A stretch of 64,000 nucleotides of DNA, taken from Pecten maximus (lineage: Eukaryota). Positions 29,274 to 41,220 of the stretch are shown one piece after another. The notes below the pieces were generated by a model. The model had not been told where the DNA came from and did not search any database. It saw nothing but the letters and a program-made list of their open reading frames with translations. How positions within the stretch are numbered: position 1 is the first letter of the stretch; every line of letters begins with the position of its first letter. The DNA lies in contig NC_047015.1 in NCBI RefSeq assembly GCF_902652985.1, positions 16,368,001-16,432,000 of the forward strand. The letters run 5' to 3'. Position numbers and translations under genes: made by a program.

Positions 29274-30593
29274 CCCAATAACTAGACACTTGGTTACTCT
29301 GTGGTATAGGCCCACAGGAAAACCAGAAACTTAACGTTAAGAAGCTAAAAGGGTTTTTAAACTGACTGCATTGTGTCTTGAGTGTGTTTATAATAGAGAC
29401 ATTCTGTCTTATTTAGATATTAACGCGTGTTAAAGTTGGTATGAAAACAATCCATAAACGACGAGTGTAGAGTATAAAGAGGAATTATATGGCAGTATGA
29501 TTGAGCTGTTTGAATCAAATAAAATTTAGACGAACCTGGAAACGAATACACAATGACATGTTATCCTAGCAACACTACATTTTATAAAATCCTAAATACA
29601 GAATATCAGTGAATTCTAAATGGTAGGAGAATGATAGTGTCAATACCTTAATTTCCATGGTTGTTCCGCAGTGGAGTTCCAGCCTTGTTAATCAATGATC
29701 CGCTCACCACTACGGTTTCATGTCCAATCTATATGTTAAATGTTAGGATCAGATCTGTGTGGGTATTTGTACCCAGCGTGGTACATCTCCGAGCCACGGT
29801 CTACTATATGGCTCACCTGTATGGAACTTATATCCGATCACAAGACAATCAGGGGTATATGTCTCAAATAACAAAACCTCGTGTCAGTCTACTTTCTTTT
29901 TAAAGCACGGTAATCTGACTCGACGTAATACCCGACCGTCTACCCCACGACTGCTCGACAGGAGTGTTGTATATCAGACTAGCAGCTCCCCAATACTCAC
30001 GGTATCGATCCACCCGTTGCCATCACGAAATAAGGCCACTTACAAAATCCTACATTGGCCATCGTCGGGAGCTGTATTTATTTTTCTCGTAATGTCGATA
30101 TAATCGATTGACATGATTAAAGAGTTGGTCAATTATATCAATTAGTATCTGCCCCATTTGAAGGAAATCACACCATTTAATGAGAACGTGCTGGTGTGAA
30201 GTAATGGTGCGAGACGACATACATGGTTTATATATATCCTCTCTGCAAATGTAGGTAGATATTAAAAGGAAAAAGTGCTGCACACATAGTGAGCAGTCGT
30301 AAGTTCCATCAGTCAACACAGGTCGTCAATACGCAAATAATAGCTCCACAGCCAATCAAATAAACGGCAGCAAGATGGGTAGACTGGGATACTCGGAGTA
30401 GATGGTCATACAAACCGGAAGTGCCAAAGTTCGGAGCGCTGTATAGAAAGTGACAATGCCAATAGAACACGCCTAGCTGTGAGACTAGAACAAACAGATA
30501 CAGACAGTCTGAAAAATAGGCTCCCGATAATCAATAAGATCTAGAGAAATAGGTTATGATTGAAACAAAATTTTATATAAACCAATGGGTATG

Positions 30594-31209
30594 TCATCAT
30601 CGGATACCCACGGTTGATTGGACTACGCTACGCTACACTTATCACCCGTGGGTTAACTAAGGGGAAATTCGTTTCAATAGAGGCTATTTCATTGGCTCCG
30701 TCACATTTTCCTATCGGGATTTCAGCCAATCAGATTGAAGGTAACATACGTCTTATCGAAGCTGCATATCACCAACAGTGCTAGGAAGTGATCTCGAAAA
30801 CGTGTTTCAGATATTTGATATCAAATATGGTTTATACCGTTTCAGCAGAATATTACTGTTTTCCTATCAATCAATAGTCCTAGGTGTTTGGAATCGGTTA
30901 TCACGCATTTCATGTGAACACCGCCAAGTTGTTTGACGCACAAAATACATTCCCGGATACATTGCCGTACGTGGTTATACTCGTTTAAAACACTAAAGAA
31001 CTGTAGGACTTCTTGTCATATTGAGTCATATTGCACCAAGCACTTATAAATAATTACCCTTTAAACTGAAGAGTTTAAGTTCTTAAGGGGTTATGTTGAC
31101 TGGTTTCTTTTTACAGAGTGACGTCATTGAAATTAGGATTTTTCACTGAGTTGATCCACGAGTGATAAAAAGCGAAGCATAGTTGATCAACCCTGGGTAC
31201 CCGGTGACA
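30594..31209. mobile_element. Putative non-autonomous DNA transposon (MITE) with ~90-bp imperfect terminal inverted repeats
   Basis: TCATCGGATACCCACGGTTGAT…TTATCACCCGTGGGTTAACT (left) matches the reverse complement of AGTTGATCCACGAGTGATAA…ATCAACCCTGGGTACCCGGTGA (right). Confidence 0.65.
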
Positions 31210-31929
31210 AGTCTTTCTCATTTTCAGATGTGTACTGTTGAGTATCATATTAAATATGTATTGTCTCTTTCGGACACATGTCGCATCTAAAACAGAAGTA
31301 AATTGCGTCGGTATGGACCGGGTTTCCGGTCAGCTCTGTTCTGTAAGGATTTATCTAACACTGGCTGTGTTTGTTAATTTGATGTGTTGACTCCTGCTTG
31401 GTCCTGTAACGTTCGATTGCCCACACCCGGACAGATCCATGTCGTTATACCCTACTGTAAATGATGCGTGTCTACCTATTGGTTCCACACCAAAAAGACC
31501 ACGGGTCTGAAAAATGGTTTTCAAGGCCACTGTTATTTATAATTTAATCTGTAATAAATATTAATCCACACCACACATTGATTCCCGGACCAGAGTTCCT
31601 AACGACTCTCTTTAATTACGTTAGAATCAATCTCTGAAGTTTGATAAAAGGAGCTCTACCTATCGAGGTAATTATTTACATCAACTTTGGCTAGCGCCAT
31701 ACATCATGCTCGCCATTGATAGGTATACACTAATATATCGACATTTAAGCTTCACAAAAGATATATTGTTAGTAGTATATACGACTATGTTAAAGGTTTA
31801 TGGAACTCTGTGTTAACTCCATAGTGTGAAATCCCACGGATTTAGCTATCACATTCTAAAGTCACTCAATTTAGAGTGACCTCACATTTTAACTCAAAGT
31901 AATGTTGTATGATATGTGTTGATTGTGAT

Positions 31930-32423
31930 GTAGGACTGGACTGGACAGAGCTGGTCAGGAAGCTCAAGTAGGACTGGACTGGACAGAGCTGGTCAGGAAG
32001 CTCAAGTAGGACTGGACTGGACAGAGCTGGTCAGGAAGCTCAAGTAGGACTGGACTGGACAGCGCTGGTCAGGAAGCTCAAGTAGGACTGGACTGGACAG
32101 AGCTGGTCAGGAAGCTCAAGTAGGACTGGACTGGACAGCGCTGGTCAGGAAGCTCAAGTAGGACTGGACTGGACAGAGCTGGTCAGGAAGCTCAAGTAGG
32201 ACTGGACTGGACAGCGCTGGTCAGGAAGCTCAAGTAGGACTGGACTGGACAGAGCTGGTCAGGAAGCTCAAGTAGGACTGGACTGGACAGCGCTGGTCAG
32301 GAAGCTCAAGTAGGACTGGACTGGACAGAGCTGGTCAGGAAGCTCAAGTAGGACTGGACTGGACAGAGCTGGTCAGGAAGCTCAAGTAGGACTGGACTGG
32401 ACAGAGCTGGTCAGGAAGCTCAA
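31930..32423. repeat. Tandem array, 38-bp unit (GTAGGACTGGACTGGACAGMGCTGGTCAGGAAGCTCAA), 13 near-identical copies
   Basis: 494 bp = 13 x 38; one variable site. Confidence 0.95.
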
Positions 32424-32504
32424 ATGGTTATAGTGTCCGTCTAGAGTTCGGAATTCCGGAATTTGAGTTCTGCTCTATTCGTTGCGTTTTCTCTCTCCTA
32501 TCAC
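32409..32504 (+). mobile_element. Degenerate tRNA-like head (SINE or LTR-associated tRNA-like segment)
   Basis: GGTCAGG-A-AGCTCAAATGGTTATAG (D-arm/A-box-like), TCCG-TCTAGAGTT-CGGA (anticodon arm-like), decayed ATTTGAGTTC (B-box-like), then a pyrimidine-rich tail. Confidence 0.5.
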
Positions 32505-32796
32505 CGTATTTTGAGGATGGGACAATACTAGTAGGCGCTTAGGAAAGTATTAACAGCACTGGTAATGTAAGGCAGGTGTGTCATATCATACTGAAGCTGA
32601 TACAAACACGAAACATTAACAAACGGTTTACAGCTAACACGAGGTGCATTATTGATGGACTGAATCTACACTCGCTGTCACACTGAAACAACGGAACACA
32701 ATACCGGTAGTTGATGGCGCTGTACACTGGGAGAGTCGGACTATTTACGACAGAGTGAGGTCAATCAATGGTACTCATAGATTCGGTATAATTTAT

Positions 32797-33045
32797 GTAG
32801 ATACAAATGTATATATTATATAGATACAAATGTATATGTTATATAGATACAAATGTATATATTATATAGATACAAATGTATATGTTATATAGATACAAAT
32901 GTATATGTTATATAGATACAAATGTATATGTTATATAGATACAAATGTATATATTATATAGATACAAATGTATATATTATATAGATACAAATGTATATGT
33001 TATATAGATACAAATGTATATGTTATATAGATACAAATGTATATA
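32797..33045. repeat. Tandem array, 23-bp AT-rich unit (TAGATACAAATGTATATRTTATA)
   Basis: Direct periodicity. Confidence 0.9.
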
Positions 33046-34324
33046 TCATAAAAACTTTGTTCTGATGAACGTCAGTATTCATAGACACGTGATATATAAG
33101 GCATTCGTTATTGATTGGATGTTTGATTTATAGATACAAATAACGAGGGAAGATAAACAATTGTCTTTCCTCGTCCAAACCTCTATAGCCCCATCACACA
33201 AAATAACCTAGCAAAAAAAATCGTTTATGACATTCTGTAATGGTGCTTCTCCGCTAGGCGATTAGGTGGTGGAGTACACGAGACAGAATCAAAGGGCGGT
33301 CCTAACACTGTCTTCATTCCTCCTTTATTTTCATTGTTATTTATGTGCATGAAGTTCTATAAAGTGTGATTGTTGTCTCCCTTCGTAATTTGTTCATGTC
33401 TTATCTAGAAAACACACAACATGGTGATTTCTGATTGTATCTCATTATGACGATATTCATGTGAGTGACACGATAATTTCACAGAGCCATTTCTCTTCTT
33501 ATCCACAGAATGGTAATTACATTTTCAAAAGTATGAAATTTGATAATTGCCTTTTTCTGTGACAGGATAAAATTTGACAGTTTCCGTAGACCTCTTCAGT
33601 ACAAGGTTTGTCGACTGTTCTACTTCAGTAGTACGATAAGACGGGCCAATTGAACTTTCAATGATAAAATACGTTTAGTAATTACGCTAACAATGGTACA
33701 GTACGATTTGACAGCCGCGCTTTCCATATCAATCCAAATAAATGACAATTAATCTTTCTGTAGAACGACCAAGACTTGACTGAAATTTAGTCGAGATCTT
33801 GTCAGACAGGAGATATATGATAGTAAGATCTCGGGTAAGATGGGTTACGGAAAAGGCTTGATGAATGTATCGACACTGGAAGTTAATCCCAAATGATTGT
33901 AAACAAACACGATCCCATTGCCGTGTTTGATAGGCCAATCTACATAAAACTACTAATCCCATTGTCCATCCATTTTGTGTTTAATAAGTAAAACTACATG
34001 ACACTATTCATTTCACTGTCCAACCATGTGGACAAACCATGTCCATAAGAGATACGGACAGGAGATATTCGTGATTCGAATCTATCGTACACATTTTTCA
34101 CGTGCTATATATATAATTCATTCTGACAGAATGTGGGGCAACTGTCCGACATAACCTGACGGTCAACCCTGGTCTAATAGTTATGAATGGTTTCCGTCAT
34201 AGATAGGTTACTGATAAATACACGATAATCTATCGCCATCAGTAGTAAGATAAATTTTGTTATAGCGGAAAACCGCATTTAGTAAGAGAGGTAGTGTCTA
34301 AGGTATGTTTCATCAACTTCAGCA

Positions 34325-35485
34325 TACATATACAGTGTCTTTATAAAGGAAATTGTACATATACAGTGTCTTTATAAAGGAAATTGTACATATACAGTGT
34401 CTTTATAAAGGAAATTGTACATATACAGTGTCTTTATAAAGGAAATTGTACATATACAGTGTCTTTATAAAGGAAATTGTACATATACAGTGTCTTTATA
34501 AAGGCAATTGTACATATACAGTGTCTTTATAAAGGCAATTGTACATATACAGTGTCTGTATAAAGGAAATCATACATATACAGTGTCTTTATAAAGGAAA
34601 TTGTACATATACAGTGTCTTTATAAAGGAAATTGTACATATACTGTGTCTTTATAAAGGAAATTGTACATATACAGTGTCTTTATAAAGGAAATTGTACA
34701 TATACAGTGTCTTTATAAAGGAAATTGTACATATACAGTGTCTTTATAAAGGAAATGTACATAACTGTGTCTTATAAGGGAAATTGTACATAACAGTGTC
34801 TTTATAAAGAGGAAATGTACATTACCGTCTTTATAAAGGACAATTGTAATATACGGTCTTTATAAAGGAAATTGACATATACAGTGTCTGAGGAAATTGT
34901 ACAATACAGTGTCGTAGGAAATTGTACATATAAAGTGTCTTTATAAGGAAATTGTACATATACAGTGTCTTTATAAAGGAAATTTGTAACATATACCGTG
35001 TGCTTTATACAAGCGAACTGTTACATATTACAGGTGTTCTTTATAAGGAAATTGTACATTAGTACAGTGTCTTTCATAAAGGAATTGTACCTATACAGTG
35101 TCTTTATAAGGCAATTCGTACTATACAGTAGTCTTTATAAAGGAAATTGTACATATACAGTGTCTTTATAAAGGCAATTGTACATATACTGTGTCTTTAT
35201 AAAGGAAATTGTACATATACTGTGTCTTTATAAAGGAAATTGTACATATACTGTGTCTTTATAAAGGAAATTGTACATATACAGTGTCTTTATAAAGGAA
35301 ATTGTACATATACAGTGTCTTTATAAAGGAAATTGTACATATACAGTGTCTTTATAAAGGAAATTGTACATATACAGTGTCTTTATAAAGGAAATTGTAC
35401 ATATACAGTGTCTTTATAAAGGAAATTGTACATATACAGTGTCTGTAGGAAATTGTACATATACAGTGTCTGTGTAAAGGAAATT
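34325..35485. repeat. Tandem array, 31-bp unit (TACATATACAGTGTCTTTATAAAGGAAATTG)
   Basis: Direct periodicity; indel-rich centre. Confidence 0.93.
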
Positions 35486-35557
35486 AAACCAAAAGACAAG
35501 AACTAAGACTACAAAAAAATAGACAAGAACTGTTACTATACCTTGATAAATAGCAAC

Positions 35558-35922
35558 CCAACAACAGGAAGTGTCAATATACCAAAATAAAAGGCATCAC
35601 AACAACAGGAAGTGTCAATATACCAAATAAAAGGCATCCCAACAACAGGAAGTGTCAATATACCAAAATAAAAGGCATCACAACAACAGGAAGTGTCAAT
35701 ATACCAAAATAAAAGGCATCACAACAACAGGAAGTGTCAATATACCAAAATAAAAGGCATCCCAACAACAGGAAGTGTCAATATACCAAAATAAAAGGCA
35801 TCACAACAACAGGAAGTGTCAATATACCAAAATAAAAGGCATCACAACAACAGGAAGTGTCAATATACCAAAATAAAAGGCATCACAACAACAGGAAGTG
35901 TTAATATACCAAAATAAAAGGA
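35558..35922. repeat. Tandem array, 41-bp unit (CAACAACAGGAAGTGTCAATATACCAAAATAAAAGGCATCM), ~9 copies
   Basis: Direct periodicity. Confidence 0.92.
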
Positions 35923-36187
35923 AAAACATCACGATTGATTTCCTTTTTTCCCACAGTTCACCGGTTTATCTCCAGGTTAAGATGTAAATCACCTAGGGAA
36001 ATTTAATGTTTTACTTTCTGGAAACTGATATTTTTAAATTGATGTTTAGTTTTTATTGATGTTACTGAACACAACTTTTTCTTATTTCTTAAATATCTAT
36101 AGTCTCTCACATAACTCTTTTAGAGTGGCTTTCGTGATGACATTTTATGTGATTTTCCATATCTATGTATAGCAATGTTTTAATGTA

Positions 36188-36700
36188 AAGGTGAGACTTT
36201 AATAGAATATCTGTATCTGTGAAATATTATTCTGCCAACCCCAAGGGTATGACAGATTTCACGCGCTTACCTTCTGAACCAGAAGTACTGTGAGCTATGT
36301 TTTTGAATGACGTCACTATAGTGCCCGCGTTGTTATTTAATGTTAACTATGCGTTAGAGACACAAAGTTTTATAAAATGACAAGATGTACTGTTGTTAAA
36401 ATCATAAAAGTATCACTGATACCTTATTTTAGTGTATGTTTGAATAAATATTGTGAATTAATTTTCGTCCTGTGTTTTCTTATGTAATGACACTGTATTG
36501 CGATTTTTGGGGCTGTGATGACTACTTCTACAAATGAGGATGTTTACAAACAGACCTCGATCACCAATGGGATATTTAAAGTGGTGGGAGAAAAATAAGC
36601 ATTCATTCGGCTAGCTCGGGTTGGACATTCATGAATTCGCCCTTGGGTTTAGATTTCTCTGTCACATCCAAAAGCAGGGAAAGATTCTATTAGTCTCCTA
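36188..36700. mobile_element. Possible decayed MITE with TAATAGAAT-type inverted ends
   Basis: GAGACTTTAATAGAAT…CCCAAGGG at left versus CCCTTGGG…ATTCTATTAGTCTC at right; the left end resembles ATAGAATATGTCTGTATC at ~48407. Confidence 0.4.
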
Positions 36701-38061
36701 TCAGCTAAACAGCTTTGAGGACCACATACAGTAAACAATGCCCCATGTCAAATGTAGGGAAATGTGTAAGGTTTGAACGAATCTTGGAATAGAAAATAAA
36801 ACACCAGCTTCATATCTATATTGGTTAACGGCATGGATTGATCTGTCATCCGATAGAATACTGAGTTGTGAATAAATCGTGTCATTGTATATAAAGAACA
36901 CTAGCCAACTGAAGAACACGTCATTCTAACAGGGCCAAACAAGGACAGTAGGCTTGTAGACAGGCTTTATGATTTACACAACCTCACATCCTAGAAACAT
37001 TGTGAAACTGACCGCTCCAAGATAAACTTCGAGGCCAACGAAAGTCACGTTTATAAACTAATTCCAAAATGGGATGTACCCGCTACTTACCTATATTCTT
37101 CCGTGAATATCCGACTCAGAAATATACTGCTGAAACACATTCCATGAGATGACCATTTGACGGGTTTATTGTGCCTGTCTATCTGGTGTAGTCTTAGTTA
37201 CCTGGTACCAGGTAAATGACAACGGTCATTAGATACTCTACATAAGAGACAGTGAAATCCTACTCATTATACTAGCTTTTCCTTTATTGTTACAATGAAA
37301 TATTACACTACACATATCTGTTTTAATAGTCTGGTATTGTTCTAAATGTATTGTGTTGTGTGCGGAATGCTGGTTAGTTACCCAACACTCGTACACACAA
37401 ATAAAAGTATACAAAGACATCTCATTAAAATTGATAGAGGGCGTGTTGACTCGATATCCACACAGGAACTTACCCCTCGGCTGGTTAGGCCCTGGTTATT
37501 GGAAGTTGTTTTTTTTAATTTGCAGTTGATAAAGATCAATTTCTCTATAAACAATTGTCAAATTTAACCCTACCAAGTGAATTTTACGGACAAACTTTAT
37601 AATCCGTTTTTTTTAATTCTGATATTGACGTTATAGACAATACTAACTTTGTGTATCAAGAATGTGAACATAAAATACAATAGCAGGAGAAAACCTCGTT
37701 AAAATAACTGGGAGCCGTTCTCTACCCTAATTGGATGTTGATGTGAAACATTCATCTCGTCGTCCTACCAAACAACAGAGCAGCACGCACAAGATATATA
37801 TATATCCTTTCTGAACACTGTTTGTCCAGCAAGCAGTACACCATCATTGACAGAATTCTAAATGTTTGACACATGAATCAATTTTAATGCGACAGAGGAC
37901 ACCACTGTCCCTACTACAGACGCCCGATTGAGTTATCATTGAACCGTAGTCGGTGTAAGTATTATGCCACACCGCGTTGGTCCAAGCTTTTTGTCGACTA
38001 GTCTAACGACATCTTGTCAGACCAGACCGCAAAACAATACTCAATTAATCCGGGGTCAGCT

Positions 38062-39215
38062 ATACAGCAAAATATGTCCCATGACCAGATATACAGCAAA
38101 ATGTGTCACAGGACCAGATATACAGCATAATTTGCCACAGGACACGGGCCAGATATACAGCAAAATATGTCACAGGACACGGGCCATATATACAGCAAAA
38201 TATGTCACAGGACACGTGACCAGATATACAGCGAAATATGTCACAGGACACGGGCCTGATATACAGCAAAATATGTCACAGGACCAGATATACAGCATAA
38301 TATGTCCAACGACCAGATATACAGCAAAATGTGTCACAGGACCAGATATACATCAAAATTTGCCACAGGACACTGGCCAGATATACAGCAAAATATGTCA
38401 CAGAATCAGACATACAGCAAAATATGTCACAAGACCAGATACACAGCAAAATACGTCACAGGACACGGGCCAGATACACAGCATAACTTGTCACAAGACA
38501 CGGGCCAGATATACAGCAAAATATGTCACAGGACACGGGCCAGATATACAGCAAAATATGTCACAGGACACGGGCCAGATATACAGCAAAATATGTCACA
38601 GGACACGGGCCAGATACACAGCAAAATATGTCACATAACCAAATATACAGCATAACTTGTCACAGGACACGGGCCAGATATACAGCATAATATGTCACAG
38701 GACACGGGCCAGATATACAGCATAATATGTCACAGGACACGGGCCAGATATACAGCAAAATATGTCACAGGACACGGGACTAGATATACAGCAAAATATA
38801 CGTCACAGGACACGGGCCAGATATACAGCGAAATATGTCACAGGACACGTGACCAGATATACAGCAAAATATGTCACATAACCAAATATACAGCATAACT
38901 TGTCACAGGACACGGGCCAGATATACAGCGAAATATGTCACAGGACACGGGCCAGATATACAGCAAAATATGTCACAGGACACGTGACCAGATATACAGC
39001 AAAATATGTCACAGGACCAGATATACAGCAAAATATGTCACAGAACACGGGCCAGATATACAGCAAAATATGTCACAGGACCAGATATAAAGCAAAATAT
39101 GTCACAGAACACGGGCCAGATATACAGCGAAATATGTCACAGGACACGGGCCAGATACACAGCAAAATATGTCACAGAACACGAGACCAGATATACAGCA
39201 AAAACGTCCACAGGA
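38062..39215. repeat. Tandem array, 35-bp unit (CCAGATATACAGCAAAATATGTCACAGGACACGGG) with a 28-bp variant
   Basis: Direct periodicity. Confidence 0.92.
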
Positions 39216-39456
39216 CAATAAGATTTTTACTTTAACAACTTGTCCATACTACTTTTATCAATAAAACGTAATTCCTGAATCTGTCCTATTTTAAGACTTT
39301 GTATGAAATACAGACAAAATGTCGTTCTTTACTATTAATCGAACTTTAGTGACAGTGCAGACAAAGGGATTTTTGGAAATAGTTCATTTAAGTGCTGGAC
39401 ATACTATTACCATCTCAGTTATGTATCGCTTTATGCACTTCACTTTACAAACTCAC

Positions 39457-39609
39457 ATCATCTTTAGATTCATCCGTCACCGTGATCACGTGATGGTTGA
39501 GCACCAATGTTTCTTTAACTTCGCTTTGACAGCTCGATTTCCTTGTCGTCCCACTATGACACTCCTCCGACTCGTCTGAATCATCGGTGTCCTCCTCATC
39601 GCCTTCTTC
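39457..39609 (-). CDS. Probable internal coding exon (acidic peptide EEGDEEDTDDSDESEE…ESKDD) of an unidentified gene
   Basis: Acceptor TTGTTTTATTGCACAG and donor GTGAGT; 153 nt, phase 0-0, open, GC-richer than the flanks. Confidence 0.55.
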
Positions 39610-39892
39610 CTGTGCAATAAAACAACAAAATATATACTTTTCGTCATTTCGTATTCCTGCTGTCCCGAAGTGCTGTCTGATCAGGAGGGACAACCAGTAG
39701 TTTTAGACGGGTTGTATTAAAGCCAAACAAACGGTACCATAAGGTCATTTCGTCCTTCCATGGTTGAGTGAAGTTACGGGCTAAAGGAGATAACTCCGGA
39801 GGAGGCCTTTCATCATTGTAGAAAAAACAGTTTATACTAATGTAAATGTATAGCAGGGAATTTCCTCTAACCGTATAAGTCATATTAACTAG

Positions 39893-40010
39893 GTCTAATT
39901 TTAACTGGATATATATAGTCTAATTTTAACTGGATATAGTATAGTTTTAACTGGATATGGTCTAATTTCAACTGGATATGGTCTAATGTTAACAGTATAT
40001 GGTCTAATTT
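39893..40010. repeat. Short degenerate ~21-bp tandem repeat (TCTAATTTTAACTGGATATGG)
   Basis: 5-6 degenerate copies. Confidence 0.7.
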
Positions 40011-40261
40011 TGAAGTCATTTCCTAGTAAATACATAAGGTCAACTATGATAGTGTAAAACAGTGAAGCAATCGCCACACCATAACGCGGTGCTCAGTTTC
40101 CCCCATTTCTTGTTACCAATGCTGGTCATCTTTAGCATTCAGAAGCTCTGCATTGAATTTACAAGAAAGAACCAACTGAAACTTTGTGTGGAAATTAATT
40201 TTTAGTCTGTAAGTGGTCTTAAATACCGTGGATGTTGGTCTATAAAGATAAATGTGTATAC

Positions 40262-40326
40262 CTCATGAGCAAGAAACAAGAAATGATCTTCGTGTATACT
40301 TATAGTAGGGTGAGGAACTGGTTGGT
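40262..40326 (-). CDS. Possible small coding exon (xQPVPHPTISIHEDHFLFLAHE) upstream of the 39609 exon
   Basis: Acceptor TTTGTCTCAG and donor GAG|GTATAC; the only open frame ends in phase 0, compatible with the next exon. Confidence 0.4.
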
Positions 40327-40533
40327 CTGAGACAAATCCAACTCGATAAGTAGTTTATTATACAATGTAATGTGTATATGTGTGTAATCGTTACACACGA
40401 CAGTAACAGGACTGAGGACAAAATTAACTGTCTGGATCCAGACCGATGATGAAACTTACCCAACTTTGTGTTGTCATTATAAAATATGGTATGGTAGTTA
40501 TCAAAGAGAGAAGATAAGTTGACAAAGATATGC

Positions 40534-41219
40534 CAGTATGTCATAACCTCCCGTACATGGTATCTAAAAGGTCGGATGGCTCACTACAGTATGTCATAAC
40601 CTCCCGTACATGGTATCTAAAAGGTCGGATGGCTCACTACAGTATGTCATAACCTCCCGTACATGATATCTAAAAGGTCGGATGGCTCCCTACAGTATGT
40701 CATAACCTCCCGTACATGGTATCTAAAGGTCGGATGGCTTCCTACAGTATGTCATAACCTCCCGTACATGATATCTAAAAGGTCGGATGGCTCACTACAG
40801 TATGTCATAACCTCCCGTACATGATATCTAAAAGGTAGGATGGCTCACTACAGTATGTCATAACCTCCCGTAAATGGTATCTAAAGGTCGGATGGCTCCC
40901 TACAGTATGTCATAACCTCCCGTACATGATATCTAAAAGGTCGGATGGCTCCCTACAGTATGTCATAACCTCCCGTACATGGTATCTAAAGGTCGGATGG
41001 CTTCCTACAGTATGTCATAACCTCCCGTACATGATATCTAAAAGGTCGGATGGCTCACTACAGTATGTCATAACCTCCCGTACATGATATCTAAAAGGTA
41101 GGATGGCTCACTACAGTATGTCATAACCTCCCGTACATGGTATCTAAAGGTCGGATGGCTTCCTACAGTATGTCATAACCTCCCGTCATTGGTATCTAAA
41201 GTCGGATGGCTCCCTTACA
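40534..41219. repeat. Tandem array, 52-53-bp unit (CAGTATGTCATAACCTCCCGTACATGRTATCTAAAAGGTCGGATGGCTCMCTA), ~13 copies
   Basis: Direct periodicity. Confidence 0.93.
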
Positions 41220-41220
41220 G

